NCBI GenBank assembly: GCA_037128175.1
Contig: JBAXWY010000011.1
Coordinates: 1 to 64,000 of the forward strand
DNA from: Methanothrix sp.
Lineage (GTDB): Archaea > Halobacteriota > Methanosarcinia > Methanotrichales > Methanotrichaceae
Reading direction: 5' to 3'
DNA length: 64,000 nucleotides
The position numbers and the translations under genes were made by a program. Below the pieces are notes generated by a model that ran no database searches, was not told the DNA's origin, and saw only the letters and a list, made by a program, of their open reading frames with translations. Shown here one piece after another: positions 40,843 through 50,962 of this stretch. Position 1 is the first letter of the stretch. Each line of letters opens with the position of its first letter.

Positions 40843-41562
40843 ATGCAGATAAAGACCGAGGGCCAGGACGAATGTGAGGGCCAGAAGACGTTGAGAGCCA
40901 ATGCCAGCAGGCAGAAGGGCGGCAAATTAGGGATTGATCGGACTCAGGCCACCATAATTCTCTCCGGCCTTTACCTATTCTTCTCCCTGGCAGGCAACAT
41001 CGCTGCCACCAAGGTCACCTACTTCGGCGGCCTGGTCATGGATGCCGGATTCATTTACTCTCTAACCTTCACCTGGCGCGACCTGATCCATAAGCAGCTC
41101 GGAGAGAAGGCGGCAGTCACCACCATCTGGCTGTCGGCAGCCGTCAACCTGCTCGCGGCACTTTATTTTCAGCTGGTGGTCCTGATGCCGGCGCAGACGG
41201 ATTGGGCGAATGGCGGAGGGCAGATTGCCTGGGAATTTCTCTTTTCCCTGCAGATGAGGATTGTACTGGCATCCATCCTCACGGCACTAATTGCCGAGCT
41301 GATTGACACGAAAGTCTATCAACTCTGGACGCGGGGCGGCAGGGAAAAATGGCCGCAATGGACGCGGGTCTTCGCCTCCAATTCCGTCTCCATTCCCGTG
41401 GACAGTCTGCTCTTTCCCATCATCGCTTTTGCCGGGGTTGTGGGTGCACAGGGCTTGCAGCAGATGGTCTGGACCAACATCATCGTTAAAGCGCTGGTCA
41501 CCGCGCTGGTCTTCTGGACGATCTATCTGGTGCCGGAAAAGCCGATCTATGGAGATGAGTAA
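40843..41562 (+). CDS. yhhQ: YhhQ/VUT-family queuosine-precursor transporter
   Basis: GNIAATK, IYSLTFTWRDLIHKQLGEKAA, RIVLASILT..IAELIDT, RVFASNSVSIPVDSLLF; 1 nt after tgt. Confidence 0.85.
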   Translation: MQIKTEGQDECEGQKTLRANASRQKGGKLGIDRTQATIILSGLYLFFSLAGNIAATKVTYFGGLVMDAGFIYSLTFTWRDLIHKQLGEKAAVTTIWLSAAVNLLAALYFQLVVLMPAQTDWANGGGQIAWEFLFSLQMRIVLASILTALIAELIDTKVYQLWTRGGREKWPQWTRVFASNSVSIPVDSLLFPIIAFAGVVGAQGLQQMVWTNIIVKALVTALVFWTIYLVPEKPIYGDE

Positions 41563-41629
41563 TCATAATCCTTTTGGGCAAGATTCGTTTTCATTTTTTA
41601 AGAGAAAAAAAATTCTAAAGCGTTCCGCT

Positions 41630-42432
41630 TCACCATACAAAGATCGGCAGAGTATTACTGAAGCCGGAAACGCTACCCCAAATTGCGCACATGTGCCATC
41701 CTTTTGTATCCGCATAGAATGTAGATGGAATGAATCCTGGCCCCATATATCCCCAGAATGTCCATTGTGGGAAGCTGTTGGAGTCGTATCCCCATAGATT
41801 TTGCCATTGGTTATTTTTTACAATAAGATTCATCTGTTGGAATTGTGAGACGCCTGAAGGCCCCATGGTCCACATTCCATTGTAAAGGGCCCACATCCTG
41901 ATCCCGCTGGGTTTTGGTGGTGATAAGAGTTGTCGAGAATAAATATAATATGGATTGGAGGAAAGGCCATTTGCATATTCGGATTGGCCTGATGCACCAT
42001 TAGATTCGGATTGTGGCTCAGAACCGAAAGAAGAAATTATGTCCTGCTTTCTAGGACTTGCTTTTCCCCCGTAGTGGCTACTATGTTCCCCGTATTTGCG
42101 GATGGCTCAAATGCAGGAATTTCGGCCTGTGGTCCTTGTGCGGGATGGTCTAGACCAGCCGATGTCCCTGCTTCATTATATGGACTTTCAGTTGGCGTTT
42201 GGACCGGAGGCCAACTTCCAAATATTGAATTCATGTCGGGTATGCCGCTCGTGGGACTATTTGGATCGGCACTGGACGATGTACTGCCGGGATTACTCGG
42301 CCAGATAACCGGTGGTATGTTTGGCATACCTCCCGGATCATATGTGGGTATGCTCGGAAATGCCGTGCCTATTGCCACGATTAATACCATGGTAGCAATT
42401 ATTAAAAAAATTTTCTTCAATTGGTTTGCCAT
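41630..42432 (-). pseudogene. Secreted Pro/Ser-rich protein with Trp-rich C-terminal domain, split by a frameshift
   Basis: Signal peptide from ATG 42432 stops at 42037; another frame is open from about the G5A4 run (42061-42070) through QDIISSFG..MWALYNG to 41630. Confidence 0.6.
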
Positions 42433-42611
42433 ATCGATTCTCTTCGAAATCTTCGACGCAACTTTTGTTCGAATTATTCTCTGCACGTGAATCACGCCAT
42501 GAGACATACGCTCGAAAGGACATGATTTGCCATAGAAAAAAAGGATATTCTTTATGCGACACATGGATGAATTTCATATGAATTATCCTTTTTCCCTAAA
42601 TGATGTTAATA

Positions 42612-43301
42612 TCACACTGGGCCCGAGAGTCGAATGTTATTTACAGATACTTCTGCTGGAAATCCTGATGGAACATTCATATAAACATCGTCCCAATAGT
42701 CATATACACCATTGCCATTTACATCGAAGAAGCAAAGGCCTGGACCCGGAAATGTCACTGAGATGGGGGCCCCAAATACTAGGTTTAAGTCAGGCTCAAA
42801 ATCGTGCACTTTGGTTCCCGGCTTCAATCCTGTTCCTACAGTTGCATTTAACCTTACATCATTAACAACACTATTTGGACCGGCTTGGCTGAAATAAACC
42901 GGATCCATTAAATCATAGAGCGGACTTCCGAAAAGGTTAAGAAAACGAATTGCTTTGGTTGGCGGAAAAAAAGCCAATGGCATTCCAATATCATTATCTA
43001 CAGGAGTTACCTTTGATCCTGCCGGAAGATTCCCAAAAGGAGTCAGCCTCAGGTCATTAGCTGTAGAAAAAAATCCAGGTAGCACTTTAATATAAACAAC
43101 ATCAGTATCATCATATCCGGGTACAACTCCCGTATCCCAGAAGCGGATGTCTGTAGTAGCAGGCATCGCGAATAGCGGTCTTCCAATATCCTTATCTACT
43201 GCAAGTACTTTTGTTCCGAATTGATATTCTGAAGCCCCAACCAAGCCCAAAATCAAATATAGGCTAATAACCATGGCCACAGTCTTTGTGCTCAATCTCA
43301 T
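42612..43301 (-). CDS. Secreted protein with three (D/N)xxGxYD..D.VY..N(D/N).RL repeats (putative Ca-binding)
   Basis: FWDTGVVPGYDDTDVVY, FLNLFGSPLYDLMDPVY, FFDVNGNGVYDYWDDVY. Confidence 0.7.
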   Translation of the reverse strand: MRLSTKTVAMVISLYLILGLVGASEYQFGTKVLAVDKDIGRPLFAMPATTDIRFWDTGVVPGYDDTDVVYIKVLPGFFSTANDLRLTPFGNLPAGSKVTPVDNDIGMPLAFFPPTKAIRFLNLFGSPLYDLMDPVYFSQAGPNSVVNDVRLNATVGTGLKPGTKVHDFEPDLNLVFGAPISVTFPGPGLCFFDVNGNGVYDYWDDVYMNVPSGFPAEVSVNNIRLSGPV

Positions 43302-43450
43302 ACACTTTCCTCCTCAAGATATTACTACGAATACTACGGTTATTGAGGTATTAATAGATTTTTAAATTTATATAGTTAATATTATCTAAGAAGTATTCTC
43401 AAATAAGCTTAACATTGCTAAATTAAAAAGAGAAGTATATCCCGTCTATT

Positions 43451-44512
43451 TTACAGGATTGGCCCAGAGAGGCGCACATTATTTACCGTCACAAGGCCCT
43501 TCGACACGCCAGCAGGCACATTCAAGTATACATCGTCTTCGTAGTCATAGACTCCGTTGCCGTTTACATCGAAGAAGCCCATCTTTGTAGTATCTGTGGC
43601 AGGTCCAAGGAAGCTCGCTAAGGGTGGCCAAGATACCAATTTATTTTGATCTGCGTGAAAATTCGTAACCTTTGTCCCTGCGATCAGATTTCCCATTGAG
43701 CTCAATCTAACATCATTGGTTTGGATAAACTGAGCAGAAGGATCTTTCCACCTACTACCAGTAGATCCATCATCCTGGCTAGAGTCATCAGCTACCATTT
43801 TTGGGATTTGAATCTTTATGAGCCAGGTTCCAAGAACGTGATAATAGTCTGCCTTTAAGCCGCGAACCACTTCAATGGCCAGTCCCCGCATTTCGCCAAC
43901 TTTCCTTGGCCTTTTATCGAGGATTTTATCCGAAATGAACAATTTATAATTATCTGTAAATAGGGCATAACTTAAACCATGCGAATAGATCTCTCTGCCT
44001 CTGTAGGGAAGGCGCTCGCTAAAGCCTGTCATCATATTGGCAGAATTTTCAGAATCGTCAAGATAAGAATAATCATCATTGGGAAAATGGTGCAGGTAAA
44101 CAGGATCATCGAGATCGTATGCGCGGCTGCCATGCAGATCCAGAAAGCTGATTATCGAAGGCAGCTGCTTTATCGGCTTATTCATATCATAATCATGAAA
44201 TGTCACCTTTGATCCGGGAGACGCATTAGCAAAAAAAGTCAGTCTTACGTCGTTGGCGTTGGTTGTGCCGCTGGCAGAAGGCCCGATGTGCAGATAAACC
44301 GGGTCTCCTTCATCATATCCGGGAGTTCCGATATCCCAAAAGGCCATAGTTGTCTCAGCCGAAAGAGGAAAAAGGGGTCTGCCTATATCAGATTGATTCG
44401 GCAAGACTTTGCTGCCGAAAGGATAACCCGAACTGCTTGCTGGACTTAGCATCACGATTATGCTTGCCAATAAAAGTGTCCATATCAAGCTCTTCCTTTC
44501 CTGCACAAACAT
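43451..44512 (-). CDS. Paralog of the previous gene with an inserted domain of about 120 aa
   Basis: Same three repeats plus an insert containing FTDNY..KRPRKVG..ADYYHVLGT. Confidence 0.7.
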   Translation of the reverse strand: MFVQERKSLIWTLLLASIIVMLSPASSSGYPFGSKVLPNQSDIGRPLFPLSAETTMAFWDIGTPGYDEGDPVYLHIGPSASGTTNANDVRLTFFANASPGSKVTFHDYDMNKPIKQLPSIISFLDLHGSRAYDLDDPVYLHHFPNDDYSYLDDSENSANMMTGFSERLPYRGREIYSHGLSYALFTDNYKLFISDKILDKRPRKVGEMRGLAIEVVRGLKADYYHVLGTWLIKIQIPKMVADDSSQDDGSTGSRWKDPSAQFIQTNDVRLSSMGNLIAGTKVTNFHADQNKLVSWPPLASFLGPATDTTKMGFFDVNGNGVYDYEDDVYLNVPAGVSKGLVTVNNVRLSGPIL

Positions 44513-44820
44513 CCGCTCACTCCTCCCATTTCATTCCATTAACAATTATTGAGCTTTAACTATTAATATTTTATTATATTTTTTATCAAATATACATTAA
44601 TTATAATTCGGATGTTGCGGTTCTATTCAGGGAGATTGATGGAAATTATGGCCACATAAACAATCTGGCCGCTGAAAAGGCCACTGCCATAGCTCGTGCC
44701 AATTGAGGGAATCGTCCCCGAAAATTTGGCTTTCACCTATGAGTGGAACAGCAACGTCGCACCCGCACAGTTCTGCTCTGGGCCATGCAAGGGGCCGCCA
44801 CTGTTTCACCGAATAATTTT

Positions 44821-44963
44821 TTTACCGTAACAATGTTTTTCGACACACCAGCAGGCATATTCAAGTATACATCGTCTTCGTAGTCATAGACTCTGTTGCC
44901 GTTTACATCAAAGTAGCCCATCTTTGCGCTACCTGTTGCCTGTCCAAGGAAGCTCGCTAAGGG
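44821..44963 (-). repeat. Orphan 143-bp copy of the 3' end of 43451..44512
   Basis: 17 mismatches over 143 bp versus 43482-43624 (manual count). Confidence 0.8.
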
Positions 44964-45066
44964 AGGCACATTAGCAATTAATAAAATATCTATAATAATA
45001 TAATAGATAAGTATTTATACTATGGGTTCATTATATTAAAGAGACATATCGAAAGGTGATGGGAAT

Positions 45067-45564
45067 ATGGACGGGCAAGTCATTATTATTGTATTAATCG
45101 CGTCTAGTCTTTTGCTAGTGTCAAGCTTGTCTTTAGCTCAAGACTATTATCCGGAAGCTACAGATTCCATATACGATCCGGAAGCTACAGATTCCATATA
45201 CGAAAATAGTTTTGAAAATAGTTATGATGGACAATTCTGTCAATCATACGACGGAAGCTGCTCAAATACAAAGAGAATGTTTCATGAAAGACCGTCTTAT
45301 ACTGGAGATACTGATTGGCTGCCCAAAAGTTCAATTTGTTTAATCTATTCAGATAACTATAGATGGATCGTTCACGATTACAGGATTGATCGTCGTCCCC
45401 TTCGCGTTGGAACAAGTAGTTGCAAACCTATCGAATTGATTCGTTGTTATTACGCAGATTATTATCACATACTAGGAACATCATTAGTAATGTCTACTCC
45501 GAACCCTGAAAAAATTTGTCTCAAAGATGCTCCATTAAAATGCAGGAACTGTAGTCCTTCTTGA
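45067..45564 (+). CDS. Secreted Cys-rich protein homologous to the insert domain of 43451..44512; contains a 27-bp tandem duplication (45149-45202)
   Basis: YSDNY..RRPLRVG..IELIRCYYADYYHILGT; PEATDSIY occurs twice. Confidence 0.65.
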   Translation: MDGQVIIIVLIASSLLLVSSLSLAQDYYPEATDSIYDPEATDSIYENSFENSYDGQFCQSYDGSCSNTKRMFHERPSYTGDTDWLPKSSICLIYSDNYRWIVHDYRIDRRPLRVGTSSCKPIELIRCYYADYYHILGTSLVMSTPNPEKICLKDAPLKCRNCSPS

Positions 45565-45612
45565 TCTTTTTATAAGCATTACATAGGTTGAAGTCTGAAT
45601 AGGTGCGGTATT

Positions 45613-45870
45613 TCAGGCTGGCAGGCCGCTCGCCGGCGTGGGCATGCACCCGCACGTGGGCCAGGCGCTCTGGCGCTCCTGGCTAGTGTCCGCTGCGCCC
45701 GCGTACCCGCGGTCCCGAAACTCCAACACCATGCGACGCAACGCCGGCACCAACGGCGGCATGAGCTTCTCCATGCTGCTTTCCCGCAGCGACTCATCGG
45801 CGGGAAACCAGCGGATGCCCGGATCGAGAATCGCGTGCGGTGATTGGGGAAAATCTTTATGCAGTGCCAT
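45613..45870 (-). pseudogene. 5' fragment of a Type III restriction (Res) subunit, copy 1
   Basis: MALHKDFPQSPHAILDPGIRWFPADESLRESSMEKLMPPLV..FRDRGYAGAADTS, then breaks off. Confidence 0.65.
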
Positions 45871-45875
45871 ACCGG

Positions 45876-46554
45876 TCACTCGATTTTCTTTCTTTTGGGC
45901 GTCTCAGCCTTCTCAAGTTCTTCTTGCTTTTTGGCCTGGATCTTCTTGATGCTTTCCGCCTTCGGTAAATCTTCGGGCATTGTGCCTCCCAATTCCTGGA
46001 TGGTTTGTCGTACTTTTTGGCCGACTTTACGATGTGTCAGGTTCGCCGCGTCTTTCCCCAACACCCCATCCCTGCGCAGTTTTTCCTCAGCCTGGGTTGC
46101 ACGAAACAGGTTTGCCGCCAATTCCGTGCTGCCTATGTGATCTAGAATCTTCTGGCTCTTTTTCAAGCATTTTCGCCGGTGGATGTCTTCCTGTTTCAGT
46201 CCGCCGTAAAGCCCCACCATGCGCTACGATTTCCTTTTTGGGATCGGCGTTCTGGATAGCCAGGTAGCAGGCATAACGAGAAAGCAACGTAACCTTAATT
46301 TCCCGGCTTGCGCCACTCCCAATCTCGACCATTTTGCTAATGTCAGCAAAATGGTCCTCAATGCGATGCCCACTGTTAAAACACGCCAGCTTGGCCTTCT
46401 CGATCACGGCCTCGAAATTGCGGTATTGCGTGTATTCCAGAACCTCGGCCAGATCGCGGCTTTCCCAATACTCGTTATTCGCATCATTCGTCCGCTTTAT
46501 CCGCTCGAAAGGCGACAGAAGGCCCCCGGGGGCTTTCTTTATTTCTTTGCTCAT
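45876..46554 (-). pseudogene. dinD: DNA damage-inducible protein D with internal deletion and frameshift
   Basis: EYWESRDLAEVLEY..LSRYACYLAIQNADPKKEIVAHG joined out of frame to GLYGGL..ILDHIGSTELAANLFRATQ. Confidence 0.85.
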
Positions 46555-46570
46555 GGCGAAAAATCTCCTC

Positions 46571-46633
46571 TTACCTCAGCCATTTTTCATCCCCCACGCT
46601 CACGTCCACAATCTTCATCGTGTCGTTGCCGAA
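46571..46633 (-). pseudogene. 3' tip of a Type III modification (Mod) methyltransferase
   Basis: FGNDTMKIVDVSVG..stop, resembling the KV(I/V)DIFGND C-terminus of this Mod type; directly upstream of dinD and res. Confidence 0.5.
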
Positions 46634-46643
46634 AGATGATTTC

Positions 46644-49600
46644 CTAGACAAACTCAGGCGGCAAGTTGTTGCTCATCGTCAAATCCAGCCAACTGGCGAG
46701 CATTTCCGCCAGTTCCCTTTGCTGGACCGGCTTGGCGATGAAATCGTTCATTCCGGCCTGAATGCACTTCTCCCTATCGCCTTGCATGGCTAGAGCCGTC
46801 ATGGCAATGATGGGAATGCCTGGATTGAGTGCCTTCGATCCTTCCTGGCGGATGCCGCGAGTGGCCTCAAAACCGTCCATCTCAGGCATCTGGCAGTCCA
46901 TCAGCACCAGGTCGTAAGGAATGGTCTGGAGTGCATTGACGGCCTCCAGACCATTGGCCACAACATCTGCTTGCAGCCCCATCCTTCTCAGCATGGCCTG
47001 TGAGACTTTCTGGTTTACGGGATTGTCCTCCGCTATCAGGATGCGCAATTTGCGTTTGACTGTTTGGGAAAAAATAGGCCCGCCCATACTGCCGTATATC
47101 GCTCTTCTTCCCTCAATTCCAGAAAGCTCTTCGGCAGATCCAGGATTGGCAAGCTGTTTCTCTAACACGGCGGTGAACCAGAATGTAGAGCCATTACCAT
47201 CCTCACTTTGCACGCCGATCTCGCCCCCCATCAGCTCGGCGAGCTGCCGGGATATGGCCAGACCAAGACCAGTTCCGCCGTATTTGCGTGTTGTCGAACC
47301 GTCCACCTGAGAGAATGGTGAGAAGAGAATATCTTGCCGATTTACCGGGATGCCGATGCCTGTATCTCGGACAGAGAAGCGAATTGTGACTTTTCGTTCG
47401 TCTTCGCTCTCCAGGCAGGCGCGAATCACTATCTTGCCAGCGTTTGTGAACTTCACTGCATTGCCACCCAGATTGACCAGAATCTGACGCAGCCTTCCCG
47501 GATCACCTCTCAACCACGACGGCACCTTGGGGTCCACCATAGAGACCAACTCCAGTCCTTTCTCGTGAGCACCGACTGCCAGGAGGTCCGTCATATCATC
47601 AAGCATAGAGCGCAGATCGAAGTCCAGCGTTTCCAGCTCCAGTTTGCGCGCTTCGATCTTGGAGAAATCCAGGATGTCGTTGATGAGAGACAATAGAATT
47701 TCACCGCTGAAACGAGCGATTTGTGCATATTCAAGCTGCTCGGCATTCAAATCCATATCCAGCAGCAATCCGATCATGCCGATGACGCCGTTCAAGGGGG
47801 TGCGAATCTCGTGGCTCATATTGGCCAAAAATTCGCTCTTAGCGCGGGCGGCATCTTCTGCGGCATCCCTGGCCCTTTTAAGTTCTTCTTCTGCATGTTT
47901 GCGATCTGTAATATCTCGAGCGATCCCGCACAGCCCAGTGATCTCTCCATCGCTTTCACGCATGGGAGATTTGATGACATGGAAGGTATGGAAAACGCCA
48001 TTTACCGGCTTTGTGTGCTCCTCTTCAATGATCTCGCCCGCCAGAACCCGAAGATCCATCTCCCGGATATGCGCTCCTGCTTCTTTGCCGAATAAATCAT
48101 CATCTGTTTTGCCGATCATCTCTGACGAAGGAAGTCCAAAAAGCCTTTCCATAGCGGCATTGGCTTGAATGTACCTTAAGAGGGCATCCTTTATGAAGAT
48201 GGAATCTATAGCGGTCTCAAAGACGGCTCTGAATCTCTTTTCGCTCTCCAGTCGCGCCTCCTCCACAAGCTTGCGCTCGGTGATATCGGTGAGAAAATTC
48301 AACGTGGCTGGTCTGCCTTGCCATTCAATCAAGGCCGCATTGATTTCCACCCACTTGACAATGCCATCACGCGCTGCCACCCGGAAGGCATACCTGGGCA
48401 ACACGGCCTTTCCTGCAATCCTTAGCCGATAATTTTCAACCACCATTTTCCGATCATCTGGATGGATGAATTCGGGAAATGGATGTTCAATGATTTCCTG
48501 CTCCGAATAAACCCCCAAAAGATTGAGCGCCGTGGGATTGACAAACTTGAGCAGACCGTCTTGCGCCACGATGATTGATTCGCTGGCGTTGTTTACCAGC
48601 AGTCGGTATTTTTCCTCGCTCTCCCGCAGCGCTTCCTCGGCCTGTTTACGCTCTGTGATATCCGCAACAGCGGCCAATGCGCCGACGAACTTGCCATCTT
48701 CGTCCAAGAGCGGGACCGTCTCCAAACTGGCATAGATGCAGGTGCCGTCTTTCTTTTGGAACTCAAAATCGTGCTTTTCCTTGATCCCCAGACGCCGCCG
48801 CTCAAAATTCCGCTCCGCCGTCTTCCGGAAGGGTTCATCCATTAAGTCGAACAGATGCTTACCCGTCATCTCCTCGACTGTATAGCCTAGCATCTCTGCC
48901 ATGCTCGGATTGACGAAAGTGGTACGCATCTGGTCATCGAGGACCCAAATTCCCTCCTGCAAGGTGGTGACGAGAACGCGATACTTGTGCTCACTTGCTT
49001 TCAGTGCTGCTTGCGCCAGCTTGCGGGAAGTGATGTCCAGGCCGACTCCCTGGTAGCGGATGGGACGGCCCATAGCATCGAAAAAGGCCCGGTTGGTCCA
49101 CTCGTGGTATAAAACTCTGCCGTCCGGCCTCAGATAGCGTTGCTCATGGGTTTCAATGGGCTGCTGCGGTGTCAGCGCGCTAAGCCGTGCTCTGGTTATC
49201 TCCTGCTCGTCTGGGGAGAGGAAATCGTAGAAGCTTTTCTCGATTATCTCGGAGGGGTTCACGTCGTCCCATGCCCCCAGCATCTCGTTAAAGTAAGTTA
49301 TTGTGCCGTCAGGAAGAAAGGTCGAGACGAAGACCGGCATGTCCTCAGACAACCGCCGGTAGCGCTCCTCGCTCTCCCTTAGAGCATCCATCGTCCGCTT
49401 GCGCTCGGTGATGTCGGTAATACTGGTGAGTACACATTTTTCATTTTGAATAATGATTATCTCAGCCGAGAACAATCCATAAACGATATCGCCTGATTTT
49501 TTTCGGAAGGATAATTCCATTCCCTCTATTCTTTTCCCTTTCAATAATTCTGATAGGATAAAATTTCTCTCACTTTCATTCTCCCAAAGATTTAGCTCAA

Positions 49601-50597
49601 CGGTAGTCTTGCCTGCTACATCATGGAAAGAATATCCGGTGATGGCAAAAAACCCATCATTGACTTCGATGATTCTTCCGTCTGATGCTTTGGTAATGGT
49701 GATGGCATAAGATGCAGAGCGAAATGCGGATGAGAATTTTTCCTCGCTTATCTTGAGTGCTTCTTCCATCCGTTTGCGCTCAGTTATGTCGCTAAGATAG
49801 TTCAAAATGGCCGGTTTTCCGTTCCAGTCAATCAAGACCGCATCGATCTCCACCCACCGGATGCTTCCCGTTTTGGTTATCAACCGGAACGAAAATCTGG
49901 ATTTGTAAAGATCACCCTTCAAGCCCGAAAGATAGCGCTGTACCACCATATCCCGGTCTTCCGGGTGGATGAATTCGATAAAAGGCCTTGATGTGAGTTC
50001 CTGCTCCGAATAGCCGGTTATCCTGCCACTCGTGCGATTAACGAACTTGAGCATGCCCTCTTGAGCAACGAAGATGGTTTCGTTAGCGTTTTCCACAAGC
50101 AGTCGGTATATCTCCTCAGAGTTTCGCTGCGCTTCTTCGGTTAGCTTGCGTTCAGTGATATCGCTTGTAGTGCCAAAGATGCCGACCCGTCCCTCAGGCT
50201 GGGAATAAGCCGTGCCCTTGGAACGAACCCAAAGCGTCGTGCCGTCAGCCTTTCGCATCCGGTATTCTGCGGTTTTATCTTTGCCAATCGTTCCTAAACC
50301 TTCGGAAATTATCTTCTGCACATCAGGCAAGTCATCGGGATGGACATAGGAAAAATATTTGTCAAAGCTGTTTCCGATGGTGCCGTCCGGCAACCCCAGC
50401 ATTCTGTCCGCAACCGGTGAGATGTAGGAGCCGACTGGCTCGCCTTTGCCATTGACATCATAGCGCCAGACTATATCGGATATCATCGATACGACCTGCT
50501 CGTACTGGGCCTGGCTGTTCTCGGCAGCCTGCTTGGCTTCTCGCAAAGCTTCCAGAACCACTCTCTGGTTGATGATGTCATTGCCCATGATTTGCAC
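46644..50597 (-). CDS. Hybrid sensor histidine kinase: about 7 PAS/PAC domains, HisKA, HATPase, receiver
   Basis: Seven DIT(E/S/D)RK PAC ends; [15 protein letters not shown]; [10 protein letters not shown]; DTGIGI; GGTGLGLAI; [13 protein letters not shown]. Confidence 0.93.
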   Translation of the reverse strand: MQIMGNDIINQRVVLEALREAKQAAENSQAQYEQVVSMISDIVWRYDVNGKGEPVGSYISPVADRMLGLPDGTIGNSFDKYFSYVHPDDLPDVQKIISEGLGTIGKDKTAEYRMRKADGTTLWVRSKGTAYSQPEGRVGIFGTTSDITERKLTEEAQRNSEEIYRLLVENANETIFVAQEGMLKFVNRTSGRITGYSEQELTSRPFIEFIHPEDRDMVVQRYLSGLKGDLYKSRFSFRLITKTGSIRWVEIDAVLIDWNGKPAILNYLSDITERKRMEEALKISEEKFSSAFRSASYAITITKASDGRIIEVNDGFFAITGYSFHDVAGKTTVELNLWENESERNFILSELLKGKRIEGMELSFRKKSGDIVYGLFSAEIIIIQNEKCVLTSITDITERKRTMDALRESEERYRRLSEDMPVFVSTFLPDGTITYFNEMLGAWDDVNPSEIIEKSFYDFLSPDEQEITRARLSALTPQQPIETHEQRYLRPDGRVLYHEWTNRAFFDAMGRPIRYQGVGLDITSRKLAQAALKASEHKYRVLVTTLQEGIWVLDDQMRTTFVNPSMAEMLGYTVEEMTGKHLFDLMDEPFRKTAERNFERRRLGIKEKHDFEFQKKDGTCIYASLETVPLLDEDGKFVGALAAVADITERKQAEEALRESEEKYRLLVNNASESIIVAQDGLLKFVNPTALNLLGVYSEQEIIEHPFPEFIHPDDRKMVVENYRLRIAGKAVLPRYAFRVAARDGIVKWVEINAALIEWQGRPATLNFLTDITERKLVEEARLESEKRFRAVFETAIDSIFIKDALLRYIQANAAMERLFGLPSSEMIGKTDDDLFGKEAGAHIREMDLRVLAGEIIEEEHTKPVNGVFHTFHVIKSPMRESDGEITGLCGIARDITDRKHAEEELKRARDAAEDAARAKSEFLANMSHEIRTPLNGVIGMIGLLLDMDLNAEQLEYAQIARFSGEILLSLINDILDFSKIEARKLELETLDFDLRSMLDDMTDLLAVGAHEKGLELVSMVDPKVPSWLRGDPGRLRQILVNLGGNAVKFTNAGKIVIRACLESEDERKVTIRFSVRDTGIGIPVNRQDILFSPFSQVDGSTTRKYGGTGLGLAISRQLAELMGGEIGVQSEDGNGSTFWFTAVLEKQLANPGSAEELSGIEGRRAIYGSMGGPIFSQTVKRKLRILIAEDNPVNQKVSQAMLRRMGLQADVVANGLEAVNALQTIPYDLVLMDCQMPEMDGFEATRGIRQEGSKALNPGIPIIAMTALAMQGDREKCIQAGMNDFIAKPVQQRELAEMLASWLDLTMSNNLPPEFV

Positions 50598-50656
50598 TTA
50601 TGAATTGTTCTGATTGATAGATCTGTTGGAGGATCGAATCTTTCAAAATTAGTGCA

Positions 50657-50810
50657 GAAACACCAACACCTTGCGACCGAGCATAGGTACCAACGGCGAT
50701 ATGAGCTTCTCCATGCTGCGTTCCCGCAGCGACTCATCGGCGGGAAACCAGCTAATGCCCAGATCGAGAATCGCATGCGGTGATTGGGGAAGATATTTAT
50801 GCAGTGCCAT
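50657..50810 (-). pseudogene. 5' fragment of a Type III Res subunit, copy 2 (direct repeat of 45717-45870)
   Basis: Offset exactly 4940 bp; 18 mismatches in 150 bp (manual count). Confidence 0.75.
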
Positions 50811-50962
50811 TAATTTTCCTTTCGTACCTTAACATCTCGAATTCGAGAGGTTTAAATCCGGTTTGCGCAACGTTTCCACGTGAGCTGTACAGTTGAAACT
50901 TCTTTAGCCTTAATCTTCCTAAATAGTTATATAAATAGTAATAGCAACAGTAATCATTGGTT

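Noticed and set aside
44600-44820. Short ORFs 44627..44809 and the 3' part of 44733..44969
   Set aside because: No recognisable motifs; looks like decayed sequence
43482-44963. Diversity-generating retroelement (template/variable repeat pair)
   Set aside because: Only 9 of 17 mismatches fall at adenines of the putative template, and no reverse transcriptase is in the window
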